A stretch of 64,000 bases of DNA from an uncultured Nitrososphaerales archaeon (GTDB taxonomy: Archaea; Thermoproteota; Nitrososphaeria; Nitrososphaerales; Nitrososphaeraceae), in assembly GCA_963713605.1 (NCBI GenBank), contig CAVQMO010000012.1:160001-224000 (forward strand), written 5' to 3'. The number at the start of each line of letters is the position of its first letter. Positions within the stretch are counted from its first letter, which is position 1. Shown piece by piece: positions 21,318-34,164 of the stretch. The position numbers and the translations under genes were made by a program. The notes beneath the pieces are model-generated. The model had not been told where the DNA came from and did not search any database. It was given only the letters and a program-made list of their open reading frames with translations.

Positions 21318-22010
21318 ACCATATTATCTATAACTGTGTAAATTATATAACTTTATTATTATCAGATCTAGTATGTATAAACAGAAAGAACTATTGCTAC
21401 TATCTTTAATGACAAACGCATAGAGTAATGGGCGTTATTACTTAAAGATTACTTGTGGGAGTATATTTAATGAAGTGGATCACGCGCCTTATTTGTTATA
21501 GCTGTCTGACCTATACGCCTTGCACAGCTTAGGAAGACCATCAGCAATCCGAAGAAAACGGATAAAAAGACAGCAGTGTTATCAACAACTAACTCGTTAT
21601 CCAAGCTTTTTCTTTTTCCTCGAAAATATCTGCGGCAGCCACATTTAGTTAAACGTATACGCCGAATGGTGTAATATTCCCTCATATATTGGGCTTGTTT
21701 GACCATTCGTCATTGCCACCCCCCGCCTATGCACTACGTACACTAGTGTGTTGCATTCTACCGAACCAGTTACCTATTTTAGTAATGATATTGGTGACTG
21801 CTTGATGATAATTTGATTACTCCATCTTTATTCCTATGAGCCAACCAAAAAGGCATTGAATATCAAAGAAATGTCAACCCAATTTTTCAAAACATTTCCT
21901 TATTATTTATCAACTTCAAAGAAAGCATGAGGTTTAGTTTCTGTAATGGCAAGTTCAATAGAATTTCCTCGTGAAACCTTTTATATATGCAATTTTAAGT
22001 AGACATATCC

Positions 22011-23334
22011 ATGTCTGCAAATCCATCATTATATGTGATGATTGTATTTTTAATAACCATTGTAATAAGCCCAACAATAAGCTCAGTATTAGGCTCGCCT
22101 TCTACCTCCATTATTAATTCTTCTAATTATCCTATATCTCGCTTCCACCACTCCTTCGACAGTACAAGAAGAAAAAAATAATTTAACCTCAACATTTGAA
22201 ATAACTGATCATATAAAAGCTCTCATAAATGATCGTTTAGATAAAAATAAAACTAACGCTGCAATTGCTATAGGGTTCATTGACCCAAATGGAACTCAGT
22301 TCTACGGTCATGGTAAGTTGTCCAATACAAGTAACGCTACGATAGACGAAAATACAGTTTTTTCCATCGGTTCTACTACCAAAGTATTTACTACAACTCT
22401 TTTGGCAGATATGGTAAACAAAGGTCTTATTAGGTTAGATGATCCTATTGAGAAGTATCTTCCATCTAATGTCACTATCCCCCAATACAATGACCATAAA
22501 ATCACTATCGAAGATTTAGCTACTCATACTTCAGGGTTACCAGAGTTTCCTGATAATTATTGTCCTTCTTTCGATCCTGCAAAAACAGTAGTTCAGGATT
22601 CAATCCAATACCGAAAAAATTTGATGAACTGTACCAAAAATTATACCTTTGACCAATTCTATCAGGCACTTTCTAATGTCACACTATCAAGAGAACCTGG
22701 TTCAAAAGTTGAATATTCAACCTTTGGTATCGGTTTACTTGGTCACATTTTAACCTTAAAATCAAATATGTCATCTTTTGATAAACTTTTAGATCATAAT
22801 ATTCTGAATGTGTTAGGAATGAATGACACAAGCTTTGGTCTTTCAGAGTCACAAAAATCTCGATTAGCAGTGGGGCACTTTAACGGTCAGGAACTGCCTA
22901 CATTGAACATGTCCAGTCCTATTGCACCAGGGGGTGCCCTTCATTCAACTGTTAGTGATATGCTAAAATTCTTATCAGCTAATATGGGATTAATTAAAAC
23001 AGAATTAGATGATGCCATGCAAGAATCACATTTAATAAGACATAGTACCGGCCAGTTATTACCTAATAATTTACAAGCATCAGGTAATAACAATGACACA
23101 GGGGTTTATGTTGGTTTAGGATGGTTTATAACTACAAACTTTGGTTACGAAGTCATTTGGCATAATGGGGCTACTATTGGTGGTTACAATGCTTATATGG
23201 CCTTTAATCCTACTACGGAGAGAGGTATAGTCATACTGTGTAGTACCGACCTTGCGAATATTAATATTACAACTATTAGTTTCAGTCAGAATGATGAGCT
23301 ATCATCTTTGATATGGAATTTGCTCAATCAATAA
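22011..23334 (+). CDS. Secreted serine hydrolase (beta-lactamase/PBP-like family); signal peptide separated by a frameshift near 22130
   Basis: FSIGSTTKVFT (SxxK), LATHTSGL, EYST, WHNG. The frame extends upstream to about 22141, and an ATG plus signal peptide at 22011 lies in another frame. Confidence 0.9.
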
Positions 23335-23636
23335 ATGTTCATCATTCAAGCTTGCAGAAGTCGCAAGATTCCAGGCCGAATATTGGGATGTTTCAGACTG
23401 TTATCTGAGAGTCATGATAAAAGTGTGTTCAAAGTTAGACGATATATTTATCGGTTTTGCAAGATGAAAATCCAAATGCGGCGAGATACTCAAGCACACA
23501 TAAAGGATGAACACCGTAAGATTGATTTGAGATAGATAAAAAAGTATGAGGAAACTAGACTTATTTAGTAAGATGCCACTATTGCACATATCGATTTGCA
23601 TATATTTTCGTGTTAGCTCTAATATATTGACACTAC

Positions 23637-24074
23637 ATGACTGTTCGAATTGATCTAACCAAGGAGGCTAAGGCCTCTGTTCAACATGTCCTGGATTATT
23701 TCACGAATGTAGAAGAGCTGCCTCGCTTTCATCCAGAATATATTAAGAATGTCAGGATTGTTAGTAGGGAAGAAGGAGAAAATAATAGTATCGAATTTGA
23801 GCAAGAAGGTTCATTTCATGGTAAGAAGATAGCGTCAATTAATAGGCTCACAAGACTTGGCAAGGAGAATACTATTCGAATAGAGATAATAGATGGAAAT
23901 GGTAAAGGAAGTATAACGACCATTAGATGCCAGGAAGTGAATCCGGGCAACACTCAAATAAGATTAGAAGGGGAACTTCACTATGGAATATTAGAAAAAT
24001 TCCTTAGTAGATCTATTCAGGGCATTACCGAGAAAACTTTGGAAGAAGATGTTCATAATCTCGAACAGAAGTAA
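23637..24074 (+). CDS. SRPBCC/START-fold family protein
   Basis: ASVQHVLDYFTNVEELPRFHPEYIKNV and a C-terminal amphipathic helix. Confidence 0.8.
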   Translation: MTVRIDLTKEAKASVQHVLDYFTNVEELPRFHPEYIKNVRIVSREEGENNSIEFEQEGSFHGKKIASINRLTRLGKENTIRIEIIDGNGKGSITTIRCQEVNPGNTQIRLEGELHYGILEKFLSRSIQGITEKTLEEDVHNLEQK

Positions 24075-24383
24075 GAAAAAGTTTTTTGAATAAGACAGAT
24101 AAAAGTTGATAGATAATGCCACTTAATTTTCAAGAAATGAACAGAAATCCTTCAACAAAATATGTATAGAAAAAGGTCTAGAGCGTCAAAGAAAATAAAT
24201 GAAATTAAGGATCAGATAGATGGTGGGGGCAACAGTCAACGGGATTGTTAGTGATCCATCCATCAGATGGTAGCCATCAACAGGATCTAAGGACTTTCTA
24301 GAATCAACCTCGTGAAAAGTGGTAAGAAGTACGAAAGCGGTTTCACATTAAACTTTAACTAGTTTCATATTATTGGTGTTTGC

Positions 24384-24569
24384 ATGGCAGCAATTACAGA
24401 AGATATTAAGAAAATGATAGACATGGGCGAGTCACTACCACCGGATAAGATAGTGGGTGGTCTAAAGTCTGTAACTGTATTGGAAGGTAAGGAAAGTGAA
24501 TTTGAATCACTCTTTACAGAATTAGCAGCGAAGATTAGAGACTATGTTAGTAGTAATCACTATTGGTAG
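24384..24569 (+). pseudogene. 3'-truncated antibiotic biosynthesis monooxygenase (ABM)-like gene
   Basis: VTVLEGKESEFESLFTELAAKIR resembles the ABM N-terminus and then ends abruptly. Confidence 0.55.
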
Positions 24570-25682
24570 TATGGGATACAAATGAGACAATAGAAAAACC
24601 CGCAACCAATAAAGGTGTGGGAAGGGCTTATAATGAAAATAGAGACAAGTTGTGCTGTACAGATATAGCTAAGTGGGACTGGATGTAGTCCTCATAAGTA
24701 TAGGTGGACATAAAAATGGGCCAACTAACCGATTAAAATATGATATATGGGCTATCAGACTTGAAAACAGTCTTGTCCTGAAGCCAGTCTCCTTCTTACT
24801 TCTATGAGTGCAAAATGACAGATATTACTTTTGGCGTAACCCTATCTTACCCAGATAAATCGTAATGTTTTCGTTTTGTTTGATGTATTATTAATCATTA
24901 AACTCTATGAATTGTCAAATGTGCTAGATAGAATTCTATTACGATATTGAGGATATCTAATCTAAGGGATACCATCATTAATTACTTGTGAGGAGAGAAA
25001 GACGATTGAGTTTCAATCAAGATAAATCGAGGACAACAATCCGGTCAGTATTTTCTCTTTCAAATATACCAATATTAGTTTCTCCCAGAATAGGAAATAA
25101 AGACACTATTACGAAATTTATTTCTATCAATCAAGTCCTTATGCAAGATATAAAGAGACTTCTAAATCTCTAAGATAGAGAAAAATTCTTAAATCTCATT
25201 TTTATGCCTTAATCAACTCTTGCCCCCCACTCGTGTGTTTCCAGAGTTTTACAAGATACGGCGGAAAGGTGCCACATACCATAATTTTAGTACTTCCTAA
25301 GGATTGGGCGATTTCTCTAGAAGATCCTAATGCGAACACAACGGAATGCTGCCAAGTTTGCAGTATTAGCTAAGATATAAAGCGAGCTTGGCTATATTTA
25401 TGTTTATTCAATAAGAAGGATGTAGAGGAAATAAGACTATCCGTCTTCTAATGCATCTATTAACTACTCGAAATGGAATAATACTTTTACTCCTGTCAAT
25501 CTTTGTATATAGTAGTATTTTCTTCTACAATTGATTCTTTTTTGAATTATTAGATGCCAGTAAATAATGCAACACCGTTGAATTTATAGAGCGATTGAAC
25601 GCATCGAATATTACATACGAATCATATTCTGATTTAACTCATCTATTTTTCGTAATAATCTCTGACAAATCTCATGCCTCTT

Positions 25683-26681
25683 CTAGCTTTCCTCCAAAGC
25701 TAGCGAAATTGGTAAGTGATCACTAAATCCCTTCTCATTCAAGCTCTTATCAGATGGTCTGCCAAATTTGATTGGATGTTTATATCTGCCTGTAACCATC
25801 TCGGGGAAAATTACAATCTCTGCCGTATCGACCTTGAATTTGGTACCTTCTACAATTCCTTTTGATACCATGAACTGATCCAATAGATTTGGGAAATTAC
25901 TAAAATAAAACGTTCCAACACCACTTGCCATTATAGGCCACATTAAATTGTAGAGCCTGGGAGCATCCTTTGATAGCTTAACTTTAAGTATGCTAGTAGT
26001 GGCCAACGAATAATCTGTCACAGATCTGTTGAATGGTTCGTCATTAAAATCTCCCATAACTAAGACTGCAGTATTCCCTCCTTCATCATTGCTGTTTTCA
26101 TCCAATATTCTCTGATGGAAATAACTCAGAGTTTCTCCTGCTATCATTCTATATGGCTCTGATTCATATTGTCCTCCACTTCGGGAAGGCCAGTGATTCC
26201 CAATTAATACCAATCTGCTGTCCGATCCTTTTGTTTTGAAATTTACTTGTAATATATCACGTGTAGCTTCCCTTTTCATAATATAATGTGAGAAAATTAA
26301 CTTCTCGCCGCTTGGATCTTTTTCGATTTCAAATTTTTTGGCATCGTAGATAAAAGCTACATCAATTCCTCTGTTGTCTTTGGTGTCTGCATGAACTATC
26401 TCGTATCTATGTTGAGGTAAGTGTTTCAGTCTATCTGCTAATTTTTCAACAACCCACCTGTTCTCAACTTCACATATACCCAAAATATCAGGTCCATTGT
26501 TTTCATTCATTTTAGAGATGATCTGTGAAATTTGGGCTATTTTTCGATTAAGAATTTTTTCAGACCATCCTTTTACCTCTTTCTTTATCGTTCTAGCGAG
26601 TTTTTCAGTCCTGCGAGGGGAGCCGTCTATGTCAAAAAGGTTTTCTAAGTTCCACCATGCTACAAAATACTTTTCTCCCAT
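25683..26681 (-). CDS. Endonuclease/exonuclease/phosphatase family protein
   Basis: WNLENLFD, PDILGICEVEN, NHWPSR, MGDFNDEP, LDQFMVS, FSDHLPI. Confidence 0.93.
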   Translation of the reverse strand: MGEKYFVAWWNLENLFDIDGSPRRTEKLARTIKKEVKGWSEKILNRKIAQISQIISKMNENNGPDILGICEVENRWVVEKLADRLKHLPQHRYEIVHADTKDNRGIDVAFIYDAKKFEIEKDPSGEKLIFSHYIMKREATRDILQVNFKTKGSDSRLVLIGNHWPSRSGGQYESEPYRMIAGETLSYFHQRILDENSNDEGGNTAVLVMGDFNDEPFNRSVTDYSLATTSILKVKLSKDAPRLYNLMWPIMASGVGTFYFSNFPNLLDQFMVSKGIVEGTKFKVDTAEIVIFPEMVTGRYKHPIKFGRPSDKSLNEKGFSDHLPISLALEES

Positions 26682-27098
26682 ACTAAGTAAACGATAAAGT
26701 ACCTTTAGTAGTTTGATAGGATTAGCTTTTGATTTCTAAGAGGTAATGTTTAGTGATATCCATCCTTCCATTTTTTATGATGTACATGTGGGGAAGATAG
26801 ACAGTGTTTTTTGTGGTCTGGATACAAATATCACTATTCTGAAGTCAAGAAACATGTATAATTCATACATTTATGTGAGTCTTTAACTTCCCACGTTTTC
26901 GGTCGACACAATATAATGACTGGAGAATGTTATTGTAATCATATGCCTCCCCGCAGCTATAGGCTCTCAATAGAAAGCTCATGTAAACAGTCGTACCATG
27001 CAGATATTAGATCGCTTTTCTTGTAAAAAAAGAGATGTTAACTAATAGTCAGTTCAAAGCAACGAACTTATGGCGTATATTTATTACAACACTGTTAA

Positions 27099-27473
27099 AT
27101 GTCCAATGTTACACCAGAAGAAGTACTTTATTCTGTAGCCGAATGTATCAATACTGGGAATCTAGATTCATTGATGATGCTTTATGAATCTGACGCATGT
27201 TTTGCCTCCCAACCGGGGCAGTTCATTAAGGGTAGAGAAAGTATACGTCAAAGTATACAAGGATTCGTAGATATGCGGGGTAATTTAGAATCCAAAATAA
27301 AGAGAGTACTTCAGGCAAGTGATCTTGCACTTGTAATTAGTGCCTGGTCTTTCAGTGGAACTGGGCCTGATGGAAATCCTGTTAATTTTGCTGCCACCGC
27401 TACTGACGTCCTACGTCAACAGTCCGATGGTACATGGCGTGTTATTATAGATAATCCTTGGGGAACAGATTAA
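27099..27473 (+). CDS. SnoaL/NTF2-like (YybH/DUF4440) protein
   Basis: GNLDSLMMLYESDA, DLALVISAW, TDVLRQQSDGTWRVIIDNPWG. Confidence 0.9.
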   Translation: MSNVTPEEVLYSVAECINTGNLDSLMMLYESDACFASQPGQFIKGRESIRQSIQGFVDMRGNLESKIKRVLQASDLALVISAWSFSGTGPDGNPVNFAATATDVLRQQSDGTWRVIIDNPWGTD

Positions 27474-27972
27474 CAATTGATTGATTCCTAATCATCATGA
27501 TTAATGAATATCTTATGTAAACTATCCAGCGGTCGATTAATTAGAATAAGGTCAGTGTCTTGTTATTGAACACAAGATTACCTGTTTCAGATACTTTGTA
27601 ACTACATGCAGTTAATACCCTCACTAAGACAATCTTTGATCATGTTAATCAAGTTATAGAGATTGGTTGTATACTTTATTGGTTCCAGTATATGGAATAC
27701 GACCTAAGTGAGTACTATGAACGGTACACAGAAGATGAGGTCTGGCAGATGAGGACTGGAGTTTGGCAAACAGATTAGCTAAAAGTACTATTGGATTATC
27801 AGAGCTTGATAAAGCGATAGGAGATGTGGAAAAGACAGGAAAAGTTAGTTTTGATAAGAAAGAGGATACGGGAACTTTACAGTAACTTTCAAGAACGATT
27901 GGATGAAATACTGAAGGTATATTTCTAGTAAAACTATTGGCCATCTACACCATTGGATAAATCCTTTCAATC

Positions 27973-28521
27973 TTATCTTTGGATAGTTGTTGATGGTTGT
28001 GGTTTACCAAAAAATGCTTTAACGTTAGGTCGATAGAGATAATACAGGATCACTCCATTAATTGCTAGACCTATTATGTGAGAAATAATTTCGGATATAA
28101 GAGCATTGATGTCACTAGAAAAGGATGCATTAAACATACTACTCAATATTATAGAAATGATTTGTATTGCTATTGCTATGATACTCAATATGACTGTTAC
28201 AGTCCATGCCCATCCTTTGCCTTTTAGGAGGCCATAGGATACCACTAAGTATCCGATACCAACAGCAAGGATAATGGCACCTATTACGATACCGATACCA
28301 GCAAGGAACTGAGTTAGAGCTTCCAGTTCCGCCGGATTCTGAATTTCTGGTTGCAGTTGTTGTTGCTGCTGCTCCGAGATAATACTACCGATAGGAACTG
28401 AAACAAAAAATGCTCCAAGTGCGAGTAATGAAATTCCACCGAAACACAGTAGGATCCCACCAATAATAGTGAGAATGGCAATTATGGTGACTCCTGTAGG
28501 TCTTTGTAAGGGCTGTGTCAA
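27973..28521 (-). CDS. Four-TM membrane protein
   Basis: RPTGVTIIAIL, YGLLKGKGWAW, YYLYRPNVKAFF. Confidence 0.85.
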   Translation of the reverse strand: MTQPLQRPTGVTIIAILTIIGGILLCFGGISLLALGAFFVSVPIGSIISEQQQQQLQPEIQNPAELEALTQFLAGIGIVIGAIILAVGIGYLVVSYGLLKGKGWAWTVTVILSIIAIAIQIISIILSSMFNASFSSDINALISEIISHIIGLAINGVILYYLYRPNVKAFFGKPQPSTTIQR

Positions 28522-29539
28522 CTTGTCTTGGGATTATGTTTCAAAGAAGTTGAATAAAAGGGATTTAGAAAATTTCCCAATACTTTTTAGTGAGCACTCT
28601 AGTCAACCAAATATTAACCACGATTTAGACATTCGTTTGTGGAATTCTGGTGCGGGTGTTACTTCCGTGAGCCAGCTGGATTCTGTTACTTCAGAGCTAC
28701 AGGAATTGTGGCAATCTATTTTATTGATTGATTTGCAATTTAATCAGGCTTATGAGCAAGGAACTGATACAACTCTTTTATAATATACAGAGTATGCGAC
28801 TACATGAAAAAAGTTCTTATTGTCTTGCTATCTCATAACCAATTAATATTTTATGGTAAAAATCATGGAAGGTTGAGCGACCTATCCACTAAACCTGCAA
28901 ATCTTAAGATTTCCGGAGGAGTTGGTTCCCTTTTAAGTCGTCTGTAAGTATTTCTAAATGAGTCCCATAGCTGCGAAGCTTTGTAGAGATGATCTTTCGT
29001 GTAAAGCCCTTGCAAGTTGGCAAGCCGCCAGAGCAAATTTGCTTTTCCATTCAAGTGGTACACTATGATGTACTTCTATAATTCTCCTCTTCAATCTTGG
29101 ATACACTAAAAATACAACACGGGCTTCCCCGTCTCAAAATACTATCAGGCCATGGGTATTTGGGAGGAGTGGAAGCCTTACCAGTTATAAGATATTCAGA
29201 CAGTCCGCTCTCAGCACTCATGATTAACATTTGCACTTCCTGCATTCAAAATTCAATAACAAACTCCGGATCGTCCCGGAATCGACTTATAAACTGAGAC
29301 GATGGAAATGAGCGTTCTAAATATGGTATAGGTTGGAAAATGTCTCTTGAAAACGTACTTGCTATAGCATAGGAACTTCGTTGACATGGTTCACACTTAT
29401 GCAGCTGTGGGTTGGGTTTTGCCACAATTTAATCCGCCGCTGTTTAGTTTGATATCAAAAATACTATTATTCTGAATCATACACGAGTAAATTGTACAAA
29501 CAAACAATTTATATACTCATCAAGATTTAGATTATAACG

Positions 29540-29740
29540 ATGAAATCGAGACTTTTAGTTGTAACTATGGCGACGGTGATGGTAATTGCCATGGTTACAC
29601 TAGCAAATTTTGGGATTGGTCTAGTATCGGCACAGACAGCTGACAACGCTACTACGGGAAATATGACTGGCGGCAATATGACCAGCGGGGTCTGCCACGG
29701 AAGAAACTGGTGGCATAGCCTGTACACCTACACCTTATAA
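29540..29740 (+). CDS. Secreted micro-protein with NMTGG units (third family member; C-terminus probably replaced)
   Basis: Signal peptide, then AQTADNATTGNMTGGNMTSG. Confidence 0.7.
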   Translation: MKSRLLVVTMATVMVIAMVTLANFGIGLVSAQTADNATTGNMTGGNMTSGVCHGRNWWHSLYTYTL

Positions 29741-30511
29741 GGCGTGTTGAGAGCGAGTAATGTAATATTATCCTTTTTTCTTTTTTAATCGAAATCCTAG
29801 TTAATTCAAAACATTAATTTGTTACTAATTCGAGAGTAACAAAGATCTGAGTCGTCTACCATTCTTTATTGTTAATGAAATCTTGAAGGGTCTGAACTGT
29901 CTTTTCTAATTCATATACTCTCTTCGTAAAGTTGCTAAATTTGATAATCATACCCTCGTGTGCTATTAATCCTAGTAAATGTGACATGATCCATTCCTTC
30001 TTATTCTCCAGCCTTAATCTATCTAAATCTTCTTTTCAAATACTGCTTTCATCTCCAGATATTCACCGTGTGTGTTTTCCTGCTCTAAATCTAGTTTATC
30101 CTCTTCCTTTCTCAGGCTATCCATTAAAGTAAGCATATGAATGGTGTACCTTCCCATAGGATCCTAAAAACTTAAGTAGTCTAGTAATATAGGTTTTCAG
30201 CAGTTGCTGTTCCTTTTCCAGATACCATTGAATTGAAAAGATTTGCTATGAATTGTGTTAAAGGAAAGATGAGCGCTTGCGGAAGGATGTTGATCATTGT
30301 CTTCAAGATTTGCACCTTTCCCGGCGTTATTGTTTTGTCTTGCTAACATAGATCTATTAGGAACGTTAGTCTTAGACAGGGACCCAGTAACAAAAAAAAG
30401 GATACCAATTGATACTACAGGGAAAGTGGATTTATCGCTTTAGTTATCTTCAATTGATAGATATCCGACCGGGCACCAATGAGAACAAATAATGTTTTCA
30501 TCAAACGAATG

Positions 30512-33225
30512 TCACAAGCCTACTCGATTTACAAAGAGAAGAGGTTCCTCGAACCCATCACTGTCATTAGAGAAGTATCCTCCTCGGCTTTTGCCATTGC
30601 AGGGTGTTGAGGGAAGAGAAGCAGCATTAATCAAGGCATTTTTGATTTCAAGAGGGGTTGCAAGTGGATATTCTGCTTTGTACAAAGCAGAATATCCTGT
30701 CACATGAGGGGCTGCCCATGCTAGTACCGCTTTCGAGACCGTACTCGTCTTTAATGAATGTTGAAAATATTTCTGTTCCAGGCGCTGAAATGTCTATTGA
30801 AGGACCAAAGTTACTGTAGTTGGCAAACGTATCATCACGTCCGGCAAAAGTTACTCTACCTAATCCACCACATCTTCCGTCGCTGTCAGCAATAGCCGAA
30901 ACTGCTATAACTTCTCGTGCACTAGCTGGCGAAGTAGAACTGGCATCAATAGCGCTGTTACCAGCAGCAGCTACAATTGTTACCCCCGTACTTACAGCTT
31001 TTTCTATTGCCTTATTTAGCAAGCTTGATTTGTTATTTTCAATACTTAGGTTAACTACATCTATTTCCTGTGAATGTTCTATCACGTAATCCAGGGCCCT
31101 TATTTGACTAGAGACTGGACAGTCGCCTCTGATGTCACAGACTTTTAACGCCCACAGTCTTGCTCCAGGAGCTATACCAATTACTCCGAGCGAATTATCG
31201 ATAGCGAGCAGCCGTTCCAGCAACATGTGAACCATGTCCATTATCATCATTAGCGGACGTAGTATTTTCAACAAATGTTTCGCTTCTATAAATATTTAAA
31301 TCCGGATGAGAATTACTTATACCTGTATCAATAATTGCGATATCCGCGTTAATATTGCTGGTTGACGATAATAAACTCATGTTTCTAACCGACCCAACCT
31401 CTGACTGATTTTCATTTTCGATGAATTCATCGACCCTTCCTAAGCCTGTTGGAATAGTCTGTAGACTCTTCTGATCGAATGATGTTCCTTGTGTTATCGA
31501 GGACGATGCTATGTGACCTTCTTGGTCTGGTTCTATAGACAATACATTTGGATCATTAGCAAGTTCTTTAAATAATACATCGTCCATAATACGTAATGTT
31601 AACCCTTTAAAAGCGTGCTTAAAGACATAGACTAGCTCTGCACCTCTAGAATTGTATTTATCTGCAATCAATTTAGGGTCATCCACTACACTATTTTTTA
31701 GTTCTATTATGTATTGAAAAGGTATTTGTTCATAAGGTAAAACCTTTCCTAGATCATGATTTTCCACAATATTTATGACTGGATCAGGTAGATTTTTGTT
31801 AACAGAAATGCTAATATCATGTAAAATGTAATTCTGTGATTGATTAGACATGTCTACTTCTTGAATATCATATGGAGAGAACCGTATATTCTCAAGAGTT
31901 ACTTCACCTTCAGTAGTATCAAAATCGTTTATGTCGTTGTCATTAACTAAGTAAGAGCCACCAGTAATGGTATAGGGGTTTGGTGTTATTAGATAGGAGG
32001 AATTTGGAATTAATTCGTTACTTGTAGACGCTAACTTTCTAATTGTTATTGTTCCATTGCCTGATACTACATTAGGGTTATCATAGGTTGGTAACGTGCC
32101 ATTACATTGTTCAGTATGAATCTCTATTCGCATATGGCAGGAATTTACTGGTGGTACAGCAGATGGTGTATCGGTTATGGGACTTGACGGTGGTAGATCA
32201 TTTGGTGTATCAGGTGGTGTATCGACCAAGGAATTTACTGGTGGTTGATCTGGTGGTACAGCAGATGGTGTATCGGTTATGGGACTTGACGGTGGTAGAT
32301 CATTTGGTGTATCAGGTGGTGTATCGACCAAGGAATTTACTGGTGGTTGATCTGGTGGTACAGCAGATGGTGTATCGGTTATGGGACTTGACGGTGGTAG
32401 ATCATTTGGTGTATCAGGTGGTGTATCGACCAAGGAATTTACTGGTGGTTGATCTGGTGGTACAGCAGATGGTGTATCGGTTATGGGACTTGACGGTGGT
32501 AGATCATTTGGTGTATCAGGTGGTGTATCGACCAAGGAATTTACTGGTGGTTGATCTGGTGGTACAGCAGATGGTGTATCGGTTATGGGACTTGACGGTG
32601 GTAGATCATTTGGTGTATCAGGTGGTGTATCGACCAAGGAATTTACTGGTGGTTGATCTGGTGGTACAGCAGATGGTGTATCGGTTATGGGACTTGACGG
32701 TGGTAGATCATTTGGTGTATCAGGTGGTGGATTAAGGGAAGGCTCCATGGATGGCGTAGTATCATTAGCTATTGGTGATTGTTGGTCGTCATACAATGGA
32801 TAATTGTTGGAATTTCCTTCACTTGGAGTTCCATTTGGCGTAAGTTGACTATCGCCCCCGTATTCTCCCGAATCATCATAGGAATCCGCTTCATCATAGG
32901 TATCGCCAATATCGCCATTGTAAGAATTTCCCGAATCATCATAGGAATCATCCCCACCTTCATCATCGGTATTGCTACTGTCATCATCGGTATTGCTACT
33001 GTCATCATCGTGGGAATCTCCCGAATCATCATTGCTCGCATCTAAGCCGTCATTTTCCTCTCCTCCATAGTCATCTTGTGCATATGCTATTTCGGCAATT
33101 ATGATATTGGGTACATCTAGATTCATCAAGTTATTTTGATCATCAGATACAATTGTTATTGATCCTAATGACGTAATAACAATGATCAAGGAAGCTAACA
33201 GGCAACTGATTATCTCCTGTATCAA
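30512..33225 (-). pseudogene. Secreted S8 subtilisin-like protease with acidic region, Pro-rich repeat stalk and I9 prodomain; two 1-nt insertions (near 31206 and 30716)
   Basis: Catalytic motifs IIDTG, GHGSHVAG, AAAGN, SGTSM; prodomain QYIIELK...IEPD. Removing single bases restores AAIDNSLG and SMAAPHVTG. It may be intact in vivo. Confidence 0.9.
32139..32728 (-). repeat. 102-bp coding tandem repeat, five full copies plus a partial copy (34-aa PPDTPNDLPPSSPITDTPSAVPPDQPPVNSLVDT)
   Basis: gaccaaggaa recurs at 32224, 32326, 32428, 32530 and 32632; the copies appear identical. Confidence 0.97.
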
Positions 33226-34164
33226 ACAATTTTTTTACCTTGCCGTCCCTTATATACATTCATCAGTCACTTAGTTTATAAGATCTGAAACTTTCATCCT
33301 AAGATACTCTTTCCTAAGAATTATTTATGGATGTTATTTACTGCGACTACATTTATTCAATGTTTAATTGAATTCAATTATATTTGCATGAACCTTGACT
33401 ACTATTAGAAAGTTACCATTGGTGGAATGAGATTTACCAACAGTGGGAGAGAGACATTGAGTCAACAAAAACGGGATAATAAAACGGGATTATACTAATG
33501 AGCCTATTTCCTGACGAAGATGTTCTTACTAAAGAAATCGAAACATGGCGTGGGTTCATAGAAAAGTTTCCGACTGCTGATGATAAAGTTCTATTAACCG
33601 AGTTACTCGATAGTTGCGTATAAATACACAGTAGCCATCAACTGGGAAGTAGCTACTTGCTAAGCATAAACTTATGACCTCGAGTAAACATCAAATTATA
33701 CGAAATATTCCTTTGATAGCCAGAAAGGTATAAACAGGAACCTAGGTCGTCGTACCTGTTGAATCTGGTACTATTTCTGCAGTAGCAAATCTATTACCTA
33801 TGTAAAGAAGTATTCAGCCGGCGATAGCAATTCTTCTTTTGATGGACAATATTTGAATTAGCCTATATACTAGTCCATCTATACAGCATATGTAATAATA
33901 TCCTCTTTTCATGTTTGCAAAAGGTTTGTCTTTATGAAATTGTGATAATTTACTTAGAATCCATACTGTAAGAGTTTTGTAATCATTGCTTAAGTTGATC
34001 TCCGTCTGCATCGCAGCTATGTAATCATTGATAATATCATAGGTATCAAAATTTTACTAGATTTTCCTTGTAAAACTTGCACAAAAAGTGTAAACATAAC
34101 ATGCTAATAAAGTATTGCGTACCTATATATTATTGATATAAAAGGTATACCAATAGTACTAGAT

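Noticed and set aside
24215..24290. Possible hairpin / structured RNA (gatggtgg...aacagtc aacgg gattgtt...ccatccatc)
   Set aside because: Imperfect pairing, a single copy and no family signature; insufficient without covariation data.
28863..30350. Fragmentary ORFs that might be integrase or transposase remnants
   Set aside because: No tyrosine-recombinase or DDE motifs, terminal inverted repeats or target duplications could be identified.
32139..32728. Regular repeats suggesting a CRISPR array
   Set aside because: The 102-bp units are contiguous with no unique spacers, keep frame inside a protease gene, and no cas genes are present.
32088..32735. 215-aa plus-strand repetitive ORF
   Set aside because: Antisense shadow of the protease tandem repeat.
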